The notes: a model not told the origin generated them from the sequence alone. Positions 27,992 to 38,378 are shown, counted from the stretch's first letter. The stretch is 64,000 nt of DNA from an uncultured Alphaproteobacteria bacterium (GCA_905480575.1 CAJQQZ010000114.1:308-64307), one strand, 5' to 3'. Program-made: numbers and translations.

Positions 27992-30742
27992 ATGCTGTCT
28001 TCTTTTTTGCGAAAAAAGAAACCCGTTAGCTTGCAGTACACCTATGTGAGCGGACCTGACTATCTTTCAGAGAAAAGTGGTTCAACACCTACGACTCTTT
28101 TCCCGCAATTCCTTGTAGACGCTTTCAAAAAACGGCTCGGGCAGTTTCTTGGTCTAACCTTATTTGGGATCGGTCTTTTCGTCCTTCTTTCGTTGTTAGG
28201 TTACTCACCGAAGGATAATGCCGCCAATTTCGCTGGATACCATGAGACCTCGAATTGGTTCGGACCATTCGGGGCATACACTTCTGATTTTCTCTTTCAG
28301 CTATGGGGCTGGGCAGCATTCATCTTGCCGCTAATTTTGCTCGTTTGGGCCAGCGTCGTTTTCTTTATCGGTAGCCTTAGAAAACCCTGGCGTCGAGCAT
28401 TGGCAGTCTTTTTTGGAAGCTCGTTCTTTGCTGCATTCCTGTCTACACTGCCAGCAAAACCGGATCTATTAGCGAGTGAAACTCTCGGTGGTGCCGGTGG
28501 AGAAATTTTTGCCAATGCGATTGGGTTTGTCCTACCCCTGCCTACCTTTCTTTTTGTTGTTGTCAGTTTTGGTCTTGGTTGCCTCTTTACTGCACTCGCC
28601 CTGCCACTGCGCATTTCGGAGTGGCGGCAGCTGGGCCAGAAAATCAGTGCTGGGATTGGTTGGATTTCAACCCTTGTTTTTACAACCAAGAGAGAAGATG
28701 AGGAATTTTTGGACCGACAAGAACCCGCTTTCTCTGAAACAGCCCATGAGTCCGAACCGAAGATCTGTGAAGATGTTGTTTTTGACCCCTTAGAACAATC
28801 TGCCGTCGTGCTCGAAGAGTCGGAAGAAGAAGGTTTAGGAAACCGCACGTCGCAACTCACGATCCATGACGCAAACTTTGAAAACACAGCTACATCAGAT
28901 AATATTGAGTTTTCTCAGGTTGAGGAATTTGACGAAGACGATGAAGCACATGGAGAAGATGAGGCCGACGGCTCCTTCGATGCAGAAGAAGAGTTTCGCT
29001 CGATCTATGATGATCTTGAAGATGACATTGATAAGTTCAATGGCTCTGATCAAGACCTAGACACCGCACCCTTCGATGATGACTTCGATGCTCTGGATGA
29101 GACTGATGAAACCGAACAATTCATGGCAACTCCGGCACCAGCGCCAGTCTCTCCAGCTAGGCCTGTACCAGGCAAACAATCTGCGTCAGTCAGCAAAGCA
29201 ACCAAAGCAAAACCGAAGGCGACGAGCTATGTAGCTCCGAAAATTGACTATCTAACAAAGCCGGACCCCCTGGCTCACCAAGGAAAACTGACCAAAGAGC
29301 AGATGCGTGAAAACGCCGAAATGTTGGAATCGGTCCTGAAAGATTTTGGCGTCAAAGGCGAAATCGTAAATGTCTGGCCTGGTCCAGTTGTCACGCTTTA
29401 CGAACTGTTACCATCTCCAGGTACAAAAACCGCTCGTGTCGTAGGGTTGGCCGATGACATCGCACGATCTATGTCCGCACTTTCCGCGCGTATAGCGGTT
29501 GTACCAGGACGCAACGCTATTGGAATCGAGCTACCCAATGAGAACCGCGAGACAGTCTACTTGCGAGAAATTCTCTCATCAGACACATTCCAAAAAGGGA
29601 CGCTGAAACTGCCATTGGCGCTTGGGAAGGACATCGGTGGTAAGCAGGTTGCCGTCGATCTAGCCAAGATGCCGCACCTTCTTATCGCTGGTACGACGGG
29701 TTCGGGTAAATCAGTGGCCGTTAACACGATGATCTTGTCACTGCTTTACCATCTGAGCCCGGAGCAATGCAAATTCATCATGATCGATCCGAAGATGTTG
29801 GAACTTTCCGTATACGATGGCATTCCACATCTGCTGTCTCCGGTCGTCATTGAACCGGGCAAAGCGATTGTCGCCCTCAAGTGGGCCGTGCGAGAAATGG
29901 AAAATCGCTACAAGTCCATGTCTTCGATTGGTGTCAGAAACATTGACGGTTTCAACAAACGTCTGGAGCAAGCCCGCAAAAATGGTGAAGTTTTAACGAG
30001 AAAAGTCCAAACAGGTTTCGACGTCGAAACCGGTCATCCGGTTTATGAAGAGCAAGAGATGGATCTGTCTCCTTTGCCTTTCATCGTTGTTGTTATCGAC
30101 GAAATGGCTGACTTGATGTTAGTTGCGGGTAAAGAAATTGAAGCGACGTTGCAAAGGCTCGCGCAAATGGCAAGAGCGGCAGGTATTCACCTCATTATGG
30201 CCACACAACGGCCATCAGTTGACGTCATCACTGGAACAATTAAAGCCAACTTCCCGTCAAGGATTTCGTTCCACGTGACATCAAAGATCGACAGTCGAAC
30301 AATTCTGGGAGAGATGGGCGCGGAACAATTGCTTGGCCAAGGTGATATGCTGTACATGCCAAGTGGTAGCCGTATCAAACGTGTTCATGGTCCTTTCGTG
30401 AGTGACGATGAGGTCGAAACAATTGTTACGCACCTTAAGGAACTTGGTGAACCGGCCTACATCGAAGGCCTTACCGACGAGGCAGAATTGGCAGCGGACG
30501 GACCATCAATTCCTGGGATGCCGTCGGCAGAGCCAAGTGGTGATGACCTTTACGATCAAGCCGTGGCCCTCGTCCTGCGGGAAAAGAAGGCATCGACGTC
30601 TTTTGTTCAGCGCTATTTGCAGATTGGTTACAACCGCGCCGCACGACTAATTGAGAAAATGGAAACAGAAGGACTGATTTCAGCGGCTGACCGCGTTGGC
30701 CGCAGAAAGATATTGGTTGGAAATGAAGGCGAAGAAATTTAA
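27992..30742 (+). CDS. ftsK: DNA translocase FtsK
   Basis: N-terminal polytopic membrane domain, an acidic linker, and a C-terminal motor with Walker A GTTGSGKS, Walker [11 protein letters not shown] and a gamma winged-helix domain. Confidence 0.9.
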   Translation: MLSSFLRKKKPVSLQYTYVSGPDYLSEKSGSTPTTLFPQFLVDAFKKRLGQFLGLTLFGIGLFVLLSLLGYSPKDNAANFAGYHETSNWFGPFGAYTSDFLFQLWGWAAFILPLILLVWASVVFFIGSLRKPWRRALAVFFGSSFFAAFLSTLPAKPDLLASETLGGAGGEIFANAIGFVLPLPTFLFVVVSFGLGCLFTALALPLRISEWRQLGQKISAGIGWISTLVFTTKREDEEFLDRQEPAFSETAHESEPKICEDVVFDPLEQSAVVLEESEEEGLGNRTSQLTIHDANFENTATSDNIEFSQVEEFDEDDEAHGEDEADGSFDAEEEFRSIYDDLEDDIDKFNGSDQDLDTAPFDDDFDALDETDETEQFMATPAPAPVSPARPVPGKQSASVSKATKAKPKATSYVAPKIDYLTKPDPLAHQGKLTKEQMRENAEMLESVLKDFGVKGEIVNVWPGPVVTLYELLPSPGTKTARVVGLADDIARSMSALSARIAVVPGRNAIGIELPNENRETVYLREILSSDTFQKGTLKLPLALGKDIGGKQVAVDLAKMPHLLIAGTTGSGKSVAVNTMILSLLYHLSPEQCKFIMIDPKMLELSVYDGIPHLLSPVVIEPGKAIVALKWAVREMENRYKSMSSIGVRNIDGFNKRLEQARKNGEVLTRKVQTGFDVETGHPVYEEQEMDLSPLPFIVVVIDEMADLMLVAGKEIEATLQRLAQMARAAGIHLIMATQRPSVDVITGTIKANFPSRISFHVTSKIDSRTILGEMGAEQLLGQGDMLYMPSGSRIKRVHGPFVSDDEVETIVTHLKELGEPAYIEGLTDEAELAADGPSIPGMPSAEPSGDDLYDQAVALVLREKKASTSFVQRYLQIGYNRAARLIEKMETEGLISAADRVGRRKILVGNEGEEI

Positions 30743-30772
30743 GTTGATTCGAGATAGATTAAGGAAATCTCT

Positions 30773-31408
30773 ATGAAAATGCTCCGGTCTCTTTTTAAGA
30801 CTCTAGTTGTAGGCACATTGGGCCTGTCCTGCTTTGTTGCTGCCAACGCTGCTGCTTTGACACAAGATCAAAAGCATACGGTTTGGCAAATCGAACAGGT
30901 TATTAATACTCTGTCTACCGCTCAAGGGCGGTTTATGCAGATCGGTGCGAATGGGGGCATAGCACATGGAAACATTTTCATTTCCAGACCGGGACGCATC
31001 CGATTTGAATACGATCCGCCCAGCCCTTTGATGATCGTGGCCGATGGCAAGTATGTGGCTCAAGTCGATAAAGACTTACAGTCCGTTTACTTCAAACGTT
31101 TATCAAAGACACCGTTGAACTTTATTTTGGCTGACCGGATTTCTCTGAATGAATCCGTAAAAACCCAAGATGTCCAGTTCAGTGGCAATTCGATTTTGGT
31201 TACTGTCCGCAATCGCAGAAATCCAGGCGAAGGCACGCTAACGATGATCTTCGACAGTCACACAAAGGAACTCCACGCTTGGCAAGTGGTCGACACTCAG
31301 GGTCAGATGACAACGGTAAGATTACAACAGATGTCATATGGCCTGCCTCTTGATCCCTACCTTTTTGCGCGTCCCGAAGGCTACAAATCTCAAAACGTCA
31401 GGGACTAG
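30773..31408 (+). CDS. lolA: outer-membrane lipoprotein carrier protein LolA-like
   Basis: Signal peptide plus a LolA-like beta-barrel sequence. Conserved ftsK-lolA adjacency. Confidence 0.7.
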   Translation: MKMLRSLFKTLVVGTLGLSCFVAANAAALTQDQKHTVWQIEQVINTLSTAQGRFMQIGANGGIAHGNIFISRPGRIRFEYDPPSPLMIVADGKYVAQVDKDLQSVYFKRLSKTPLNFILADRISLNESVKTQDVQFSGNSILVTVRNRRNPGEGTLTMIFDSHTKELHAWQVVDTQGQMTTVRLQQMSYGLPLDPYLFARPEGYKSQNVRD

Positions 31409-31414
31409 TCGAAC

Positions 31415-32170
31415 ATGGCAAAACCGATTGTTGGTGTAACGTCCTGCGTTAAAGTTCTCGATGGTCAAAACTACCATCACGTAGGCGAAAAGTATCACCG
31501 TGCGATAGCTGAATGTACCTCTGCCCTGCCATTGGCCATTCCTTCGATAGCAGATATTTTGGACAACGATGCATTGCTTGATACAGTTGATGGTCTGCTT
31601 TTTACTGGCAGCCCGTCCAATGTTTTCCCGCCTCGTTACGGTGTTGGTGAAAGTGCAGAAGCAGAACCCTATGATCCTGTTCGCGATGCAATGACTCTGC
31701 CCTTGCTAGAGCAGGCCATCCAGCGTGGTATCCCAACGTTGGCCATTTGCCGAGGATTTCAAGAGTTAAATGTCGCCTGTTCCGGCACTCTGCATGCTCG
31801 AGTTCATGAACTAGACGGCCGGCAAGATCATCGCCGACCTGAAAATCCTGATTTGGATGTTCAGTACGGGACAAAGCACTCTATTTCCCTCCTAAAAGAC
31901 GGCTTACTTTCTTCAATTCTTGAAACAAGAGGTCCAATAGAAGTGAATTCGCTTCACTGGCAAGCGGTCGATAAGTTGGGCGTGAGCCTTCAGATCGAGG
32001 CATGGGCTGATGATTCAACCGTTGAAGCCATTTCGATGCCGAATTCTAAAGGCTTTCTTTTAGGTATCCAATGGCACCCAGAATACAAAGCCAAAGAGAA
32101 CCCGATTTCGGCGGCCATTTTCTCAGCTTTCGACCAGGCTATTCAGGACTATCGGCATTCAAAACAATAG
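31415..32170 (+). CDS. class I glutamine amidotransferase / gamma-glutamyl-GABA hydrolase (peptidase C26) family
   Basis: Catalytic Cys (LAICRGFQ) and His (IQWHPE) motifs. Confidence 0.75.
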   Translation: MAKPIVGVTSCVKVLDGQNYHHVGEKYHRAIAECTSALPLAIPSIADILDNDALLDTVDGLLFTGSPSNVFPPRYGVGESAEAEPYDPVRDAMTLPLLEQAIQRGIPTLAICRGFQELNVACSGTLHARVHELDGRQDHRRPENPDLDVQYGTKHSISLLKDGLLSSILETRGPIEVNSLHWQAVDKLGVSLQIEAWADDSTVEAISMPNSKGFLLGIQWHPEYKAKENPISAAIFSAFDQAIQDYRHSKQ

Positions 32171-32299
32171 GGTGCCAAAATCTCACGGCTATTTGAGTAA
32201 ACGTTTCTGGTTCCATTTCTGAATCTTCTTATATCAAAGGAGCCAAGTTTTTCTTGGTAGTTTCGTGCTGCGTCCCCCGCTACCAGCACTGAAATTTTG

Positions 32300-32336
32300 A
32301 GAGCGCTCACCCTTATAGGTTGGGCGCTCTTTTTTA
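32300..32336 (+). terminator. Rho-independent terminator hairpin (AGAGCGC...GCGCTCT plus T6)
   Basis: Perfect 7-bp stem with a 17-nt loop followed by TTTTTT. Preceded by further stem-loops (CCAAG-ttttt-CTTGG, and alternative GGTAG/CTACC versus GTGCTG/CAGCAC). Confidence 0.5.
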
Positions 32337-32398
32337 TGGTCTGCGCGTCAAAAATCGTTAGGTTAGGCATCTGATGAATTTGGCTAAGGAAACACGCA

Positions 32399-33196
32399 AT
32401 GGCTCTCAAAATCGTAACATGGAATATCAACGGCATTCGCCCTCGTACGGAGAACCTTTGCAGATTTTTAACGGAATATCAGCCTGATGTAATCTGTCTT
32501 CAGGAAATCAAAATTCAAACGGATGCCTTTCCTGGTGATCCCTTCCGAGAGCTAGGGTACGAGCACCAAGCCATTGCCGGTCAAAAAGCCTATCACGGTG
32601 TGGCCATTCTCTCAAAACTTCCCTTTGCCGATCAGTTTTCATGCCCTTGGGGTGGCGAAAGCGACGCTCGCCATGTCGCTGTCAAACTTGCCAATGATCT
32701 TGAAGTTCATTCAATCTACATTCCCGCCGGGGGCGATGTCCCAGATCCCAGCGTCAATGTGAAGTTTGACCATAAACTGCGCTTTTGGAACGATATGAAA
32801 GATTGGTTCGCAAAAGAGCGTTCAACCGATCAAATGATCCTCGCCAACGGCGACTTTAACGTTGCTCCGCTTGAAACGGACGTTTGGAATCATAAACGGT
32901 TGGTTAAGTCAGTGGGCCATAGCCCTATCGAGGTTGAGCATTTAGAAGCGGCAAAGGCTTCTCTCGATTGGACCGATCTACCCCGTGAATATGTGCCATC
33001 GGACCAATTCCTCTATAGCTGGTGGGGCTACCGCTACAAGCTGGCAGTAGAAAAAGATTATGGCTGGCGCTTGGATCACAGCTGGGCAACACCGGCCCTA
33101 AAAGAAAGAGTCACCAATTCTGAAGTCATAAAGCCAACAAGACTTTGGGAACGGCCCAGTGATCATGTGCCTATTTTGACAGAAATCGATTTGTAG
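32399..33196 (+). CDS. xthA: exodeoxyribonuclease III
   Basis: MALKIVTWNINGIRPR...VICLQEIK...SDHVPI ExoIII/APE signature. Confidence 0.9.
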   Translation: MALKIVTWNINGIRPRTENLCRFLTEYQPDVICLQEIKIQTDAFPGDPFRELGYEHQAIAGQKAYHGVAILSKLPFADQFSCPWGGESDARHVAVKLANDLEVHSIYIPAGGDVPDPSVNVKFDHKLRFWNDMKDWFAKERSTDQMILANGDFNVAPLETDVWNHKRLVKSVGHSPIEVEHLEAAKASLDWTDLPREYVPSDQFLYSWWGYRYKLAVEKDYGWRLDHSWATPALKERVTNSEVIKPTRLWERPSDHVPILTEIDL

Positions 33197-33198
33197 AA

Positions 33199-33702
33199 AT
33201 GCCGACTGAGACAAAATCCTATCACTATCATCGTCCAGGGCTTCACGGAGATTTGGTCTTGGGCATATCCGGGCTTTGTGCTGGACTAGTCTTTACCTTT
33301 GCCGCTCTCGAGACAAGGTTTCTTTTCTTTCTCTTTTTGGTTGTTACGACCTTGGCTCTTTATTTTAGCGCCAACAGCTTGCGTCGTTATTGGATTGAAA
33401 TTCAGACTGATGACAAAGGGATAAAGCTGTTATCTAGAGGCAGCGAAAAATGTCTTATCAAATGGTCAGAAGTAAAATCCATTAAACTTCGGTTTTTTGG
33501 CAGCAAGTCTCAGCGTGAAAAAGGCAAAGGCACTTTGTCTTTGACAATGACGGATCAGAACAAGGCCAAGATAGCCTTTGAATCTGGTTTAGTTGATTTC
33601 GACGAATTAGCGCGATTATGCTTCGAACAAACTCAGGACTCTTCGGTTGAGATGGACGCTGTTTCTGTCGGGAACTTCGAGGCCGTTGGAGTACGGCTTT
33701 GA
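33199..33702 (+). CDS. hypothetical membrane protein (2 TM helices plus a PH-like soluble domain)
   Basis: Two hydrophobic helices (GISGLCAGLVFTFAAL, LFFLFLVVTTLALYF) followed by about 100 charged residues. ATGA overlap with the downstream MFS gene. Confidence 0.4.
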   Translation: MPTETKSYHYHRPGLHGDLVLGISGLCAGLVFTFAALETRFLFFLFLVVTTLALYFSANSLRRYWIEIQTDDKGIKLLSRGSEKCLIKWSEVKSIKLRFFGSKSQREKGKGTLSLTMTDQNKAKIAFESGLVDFDELARLCFEQTQDSSVEMDAVSVGNFEAVGVRL

Positions 33703-34883
33703 CAACCAAGTCAGACGGAACCAATTGGAATCTGTTCTTCTTCGGATTTTTTATTGCCGTTTACGCAGCTTTTTTGCAGTTTAAGCTGACTCCAGCCCTG
33801 CCTGAAATGATGCAGCTCTACAGCTATGATCCAGCGGTCGCTGGAGCATTCATGTCCGTTTATGCGATCATAGGGTTTTTCTTGTCACCTTTGATTGGCC
33901 GGTGGTTATCGGGGCAGAAAGTAAAACAACTCATATTGGCGGTGTTGGTTTGTTCCTTTGTCGCCCAGGGCGTAGCCATTTTTGCAAGCCATTCTAGTGT
34001 GATCATGTTGGCGAGTCGGACCATGGAAGCCATAACTTTCGCTGTTTTCGCCATCGGCGGCCCGGTTATCGTTGGGCAAGCCGCCAGTGAAAAATTCCGT
34101 CCTCTCGGTATTGGAATATCCTCAACGTGGATGCCAAGTGGTATCCTTATCTCGTCAGTTGCTTACTATTGGTTCGCAGATGATTTCGGATGGTCTGTTC
34201 TATGGTATTTTGGCCTGGCTGGTGCTTTGTCACTCCTTCTTTGGACGGTGCTGTCCAATTTCAACAAACCTCAAGCAGCCACTACTGCCGGAAAGCCGAG
34301 TTTAAGTCTCACAAAAGCAGAAGAAATCAGCCTCTTGCTGGCCACGTCGATATTTTTGTTATGGTCCATTCAATTCAACGCTTACATGACTTGGTTCACA
34401 ACCTACGTCACTGACACTTTAGGCTATCATCCGGTGGATGCTGTATGGGTTTTCATGTTACCGGTCATTGTGATCATTTTCGCAAATGTTCCCGTTGGGC
34501 TCGCGCAAACCACAGGCCGAATTACATTGATTCTATTGACGGTAGGTTTGGTTATTCAGGCTTTGTCCTGGGTATTGGGCCTCTACAAGAATGAAACCTT
34601 CCAGGTTATCGCCCTTATCGCTTATGGGATTGGTGCGGGGATTGTTCCTGCTGCTTTATTTGGCTGTCCCAAAGCGATCGTTGGCAGTGAAAAATACGCG
34701 ATGGCTTTCTCCCGGATGATGACAGGGCGCTACATCGGCGTGTTTTTGGGACCAATTCTAATCGGAATCGCCATCCGGCAGGATATTTCCTGGGATTTGG
34801 TCATGGGGATAGCCGCCATTATGACCGCTATCCCACTTATCTTTGCTGGCTTACTTTACAAGCGTCTTTACTCAAGAAGCTAA
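33699..34883 (+). CDS. MFS transporter
   Basis: About 12 predicted transmembrane segments with an MFS motif-like G-R-W-L-S-G loop. Confidence 0.75.
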   Translation: MTTKSDGTNWNLFFFGFFIAVYAAFLQFKLTPALPEMMQLYSYDPAVAGAFMSVYAIIGFFLSPLIGRWLSGQKVKQLILAVLVCSFVAQGVAIFASHSSVIMLASRTMEAITFAVFAIGGPVIVGQAASEKFRPLGIGISSTWMPSGILISSVAYYWFADDFGWSVLWYFGLAGALSLLLWTVLSNFNKPQAATTAGKPSLSLTKAEEISLLLATSIFLLWSIQFNAYMTWFTTYVTDTLGYHPVDAVWVFMLPVIVIIFANVPVGLAQTTGRITLILLTVGLVIQALSWVLGLYKNETFQVIALIAYGIGAGIVPAALFGCPKAIVGSEKYAMAFSRMMTGRYIGVFLGPILIGIAIRQDISWDLVMGIAAIMTAIPLIFAGLLYKRLYSRS

Positions 34884-35570
34884 GCGGTAACCACCTGCTT
34901 CTGTCACCAAAATTGCTGCGTTCGAAGGATCACGTTCGATTTTTTGGCGCAGCCGGTAGATATGTGTTTCGAGTGTGTGGGTGTTAACGCCAGCGTTGTA
35001 GCCCCACACTTCATTCAGTAAAGTTTCCCGGCTGACAACCTGTGTGCCTCTGCGATAGAGATATTTGAGAATGGCTGTTTCTTTTTCTGTTAATCGGATC
35101 TTTTTATTCGTTTCATTGTCTTGAAGAATTTTGGCACTTGGTTGGAACGAATAGGGTCCCACCGTGAAAATCGCATCATCACTTTGCTCATGCTGACGCA
35201 ATTGAGCACGGATTCTGGCCAGCAACACATTGAGACGAAAGGGCTTCGCGATGTAGTCGTTTGCACCCGCATCCAACCCAAGGATCGTATCCGCGTCACT
35301 GTCGGCGCCAGTCAACATAATGATCGGCGCCTTTAGCCCGTTTTTACGCATAAGGCGACAAGCATCGCGGCCATCCATGTCTGGCAAACCTACGTCCAAC
35401 AAAACGATATCAAAGTTTTCGTTCTTTGCGGACTCGACCGCGTCAGATCCTTTATCGTTTTCAACGATTTGGTAGTCTTCATGAAGAACGAGCTGCTCGG
35501 AAAGCGTTTCGCGTAGACTTTCGTCATCATCGACCAACAATATTCTGCGTGTACCCGCTGTATCGCTCAC
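34872..35570 (-). CDS. OmpR/PhoB-family response regulator (no cognate kinase adjacent)
   Basis: Receiver domain ILLVDDDESL...VLLDVGLPDMDG...IMLTG and winged helix LTEKETAILKYL...YRLRQKI. Confidence 0.8.
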   Translation of the reverse strand: MSDTAGTRRILLVDDDESLRETLSEQLVLHEDYQIVENDKGSDAVESAKNENFDIVLLDVGLPDMDGRDACRLMRKNGLKAPIIMLTGADSDADTILGLDAGANDYIAKPFRLNVLLARIRAQLRQHEQSDDAIFTVGPYSFQPSAKILQDNETNKKIRLTEKETAILKYLYRRGTQVVSRETLLNEVWGYNAGVNTHTLETHIYRLRQKIERDPSNAAILVTEAGGYRLAS

Positions 35571-35620
35571 TCAAATACCCCTTTTGAACAATAGAATTCG
35601 TATCTTTACCAATATAGGTA

Positions 35621-35692
35621 ATTCACACAGCGATGTGAATAGATAGGCGGGCTGTTCACAGATGTTCGTCACTTTTGTGAGCGGTTGTGAGC
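35621..35692. promoter_or_regulatory. cluster of TTCACA/TGTGA(A/G) motifs: 7-bp inverted repeat ATTCACA-N6-TGTGAAT, then TTCACA, then tandem TGTGAGC-N3-TGTGAGC at 10-bp spacing
   Basis: Read directly in the divergent intergenic region between the response regulator and the ribA-like gene. The periodicity is typical of OmpR-family binding sites. Confidence 0.3.
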
Positions 35693-35729
35693 ACTAGTGC
35701 ATGGCTGAAAGATCGCTGCCGGGTACAAA

Positions 35730-36911
35730 ATGACGCTTGACAGGGCTTTGGCTTTATCCCAAACGTCCGCCGTGTTTAATTGGGGTACCTACCCATTTGT
35801 TTGTCAAAAAGAAATTCCAGCATTTATGACCACTGAGAGCCAGGAAGCCATTTATCAAGTTGATCGTGCCATCGGCCAGATCAGACGCGGCGGTCAGGTT
35901 TCTTTTGAAACAAGATCTGGCGAGCGATATCTTTTTTGTGCTGCAGAGTTTTTGGATCGTGATTCAGAAGATTATTCGGCCGCTTCTTGTTTCTTCGCCT
36001 TACCGGAAAACCGGTACCTTTTTTTGAAGCATGGGCAGTACGATTTTTCGAAGTCTTATGATTCAGCGGTCAGACTATCATCATTTGACGATGTCCAATT
36101 GGCGGCTGAACAGTTAACGACTGATAAAGACAGTTCTCTCGGTGATGACTTTCCGGCTTGTGATCTTTCTCACGAGTTGAAGCCTGTTTTGCGCTTATTG
36201 AAATGGGCATATGCTTTGCCGGTTGCATTAATGAAGCCTTTAGCTTCTGAAGAAAAAGCGCCTGCTTCTGTACCTTGGCTATCTGAAGATTTGTTGGAAA
36301 CTTACTTATTCAGTTTACCTTCGTCGATAAAACTTATTTCCAGTGCAAAACTGCCGATCGCCGCAACGGAACAGGCTGAAATTTTGGCCTATGGCTCCAG
36401 ATCTTCCGCCCAGGAACATTTTGTTCTTCGTATTGGCCACCCAAACAAAAACAAATCTGCACCCCTTGTGAGAATGCATTCGGAGTGTTTCACTGGCGAT
36501 TTGTTGGCAAGTCTGCGTTGTGATTGTGGTTCACAATTGCACAGCGCCATTGATCTTTGTGTTGAAGCAGGTTTTGGTCTCATTCTCTACCTTCATCAGG
36601 AAGGCCGCGGTATTGGACTGGCAAACAAAGTCCGTGCTTATGCTCTGCAGGATCAAGGGTTGGACACCGTTCAGGCCAATGCCGTTCTAGGTTTTCACCC
36701 CGACGAACGAGATTTTGCGGTAGCGAAGTCTATTCTTGAATCCCTTGGCATCAACAAGTTGCACCTCATTTCCAACAATCCCTACAAAAGGGAAAGTTTG
36801 GAGAAAGAGGGTTTTAACGTCGAGCGACTCGTGCCGTTAAAGATCGCAGCGACGAGCCATAGCAAAGCCTATCTCGACACCAAAGTCGAAAAAATGGGCC
36901 ACAAGCTTTAG
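35730..36911 (+). CDS. ribA: GTP cyclohydrolase II with N-terminal degenerate DHBP-synthase(RibB)-like domain
   Basis: The C-terminal about 195 aa align to E. coli RibA (RMHSECFTGD...SLRCDCG...HQEGRGIGLANKVRAYALQDQG...ERDF...YLDTKVEKMGH). The N-terminus has RSGERYLFCAAEFL in place of RibB's DRENEGDLIFAAE. An alternative start exists at ATG 35826. Confidence 0.75.
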   Translation: MTLDRALALSQTSAVFNWGTYPFVCQKEIPAFMTTESQEAIYQVDRAIGQIRRGGQVSFETRSGERYLFCAAEFLDRDSEDYSAASCFFALPENRYLFLKHGQYDFSKSYDSAVRLSSFDDVQLAAEQLTTDKDSSLGDDFPACDLSHELKPVLRLLKWAYALPVALMKPLASEEKAPASVPWLSEDLLETYLFSLPSSIKLISSAKLPIAATEQAEILAYGSRSSAQEHFVLRIGHPNKNKSAPLVRMHSECFTGDLLASLRCDCGSQLHSAIDLCVEAGFGLILYLHQEGRGIGLANKVRAYALQDQGLDTVQANAVLGFHPDERDFAVAKSILESLGINKLHLISNNPYKRESLEKEGFNVERLVPLKIAATSHSKAYLDTKVEKMGHKL

Positions 36912-36925
36912 GATTTCATTTTGCC

Positions 36926-37597
36926 CTAGGTTATCGGTGGTCGGCTACCGAAAAGCGCACTGCCCACACGGACATGGGTAGCACCAAGTTCAACCGCGAT
37001 TTCAAAGTCTGAACTCATTCCCATGGACAAGGATTTCAAGTTCAATCGATCAGTCCATTTGTGGAGCAACGCAAAGTGTGGACCAGGATGATCATCAACT
37101 GGCGGAATACACATTAGGCCTTCTACTTTGAGAGTGTTTTCCATGCAGTGGTCAAAGAGCTGTTGCAGATCATTGAGTTCAACGCCGGCCTTTTGAATCT
37201 CGCCACCTGTGTTAACCTGAATAAAGCAAGACAAGTTGCGTTCTTGTTTCTCCATTTCTTTGGATAACGCGGTCACCAGTTTTGGGCGATCAACCGTTTG
37301 AACGACGTCGAAATTCGCGACAACTTCTTTCACCTTGTTGGTTTGCAGGGGACCGATCAGATGTAGCTCAAGATTTGGGTTGTCATCTCTCAACTGGGGG
37401 AATTTTTGTAGAGCTTCTTGAACTCTGTTCTCACCAAAAACTAACTGACCAGCTGCTAGGGCGGCTTTAACTTCCTCAACTGGTTTGGTTTTACTAACCG
37501 CAATCAGCTGAACATCACGCGGCGATCGACCGGCTTTTTCGGCAGCTTCAGCGATTTTGGCGTTGGTCTCGTTCCAAGTGTCAATAGAGAACATCAT
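36926..37597 (-). CDS. yggS: YggS-family pyridoxal-phosphate homeostasis protein
   Basis: LIAVSKTKP (PLP lysine), HLIGPLQTNK and GLMCIP motifs. Confidence 0.85.
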   Translation of the reverse strand: MMFSIDTWNETNAKIAEAAEKAGRSPRDVQLIAVSKTKPVEEVKAALAAGQLVFGENRVQEALQKFPQLRDDNPNLELHLIGPLQTNKVKEVVANFDVVQTVDRPKLVTALSKEMEKQERNLSCFIQVNTGGEIQKAGVELNDLQQLFDHCMENTLKVEGLMCIPPVDDHPGPHFALLHKWTDRLNLKSLSMGMSSDFEIAVELGATHVRVGSALFGSRPPIT

Positions 37598-37787
37598 ACC
37601 CTCAATTTGTCTATATGAGTGTCCTTTAATTCAATGGCGCGTTCTAAGCAATCCAGTCAGGCCATTTGATTAGAGGAATTCTCCCCGATTTGCGGGGAAA
37701 TTTCATTCTCTGCTGGCAGTTTTCTGACAGAAAATTTATAAGCAGCACCATATTCTAGGCTGATTTTTGTTTTAAAGAGCCAAATAG

Positions 37788-38378
37788 ATGAAAAATACGG
37801 ATAAAGACATGCCTATTATTGTGCGATGGCTCCTTGTACTCACTGTTGTTTTTGCGACTGCTGCTTGCGGCGGTAATCGCGATACGGATGAGGACGGCAA
37901 AAGAAAAAGCAGAGTTCAAACGAACCAAACATCAGATGAGAATGGTGAAGGTATTGTCATCATCGGTAAACGTAAGAACAAGAATCAACTGTCTGTAGCG
38001 CGCTTTTTCGGCGGTGGTGATGATGGGTACGACACCAGTTCAGACCTGAATGTCAATCAACATCTATGGCGCGCGTCTGTGACAACACTTTCCAAGTTGC
38101 CTTTGAAAACCGTAGATCCTTATTCAGGGATCCTTGAGACGGAATGGTATACGCCTGCTGGTGGCAAAAACGAGCAAGTCAGAACATCTGTGTTTATCCT
38201 TGGCCCGCAATTGCGTACCGAAAACATTCGAGTATCTGTTTTTGTAAGAGAGCGTGATGACACTGGCGTGTGGTCGATCAGACCGGGCAACCCTTCCACA
38301 GCTACAAAAGTGGAAAATGTAATTTTGAAGGCCGCACGACGTTCCCGAGTCGCCGCCAACGAACAATCAGAATCTTAA
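37788..38378 (+). CDS. lipoprotein (possibly DUF3576 family, found upstream of leuS in alphaproteobacteria)
   Basis: Signal peptide with lipobox LATAAC|GG. Conserved position ahead of leuS. Confidence 0.4.
   Translation: MKNTDKDMPIIVRWLLVLTVVFATAACGGNRDTDEDGKRKSRVQTNQTSDENGEGIVIIGKRKNKNQLSVARFFGGGDDGYDTSSDLNVNQHLWRASVTTLSKLPLKTVDPYSGILETEWYTPAGGKNEQVRTSVFILGPQLRTENIRVSVFVRERDDTGVWSIRPGNPSTATKVENVILKAARRSRVAANEQSES

Noticed and set aside
28297-28887. 196-aa antisense ORF and 105-aa alternate-frame ORF within ftsK
   Set aside because: They fall inside the FtsK membrane/linker region. The FtsK frame is continuous through to a canonical motor domain.
35571-35729. Possible FMN (RFN) riboswitch upstream of the ribA-like gene
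   Set aside because: The leader lacks the conserved RFN core segments (for example GGATTC...CGGGG...GTCAGCAGAT). It is dominated instead by TTCACA/TGTGAG protein-binding-type repeats.
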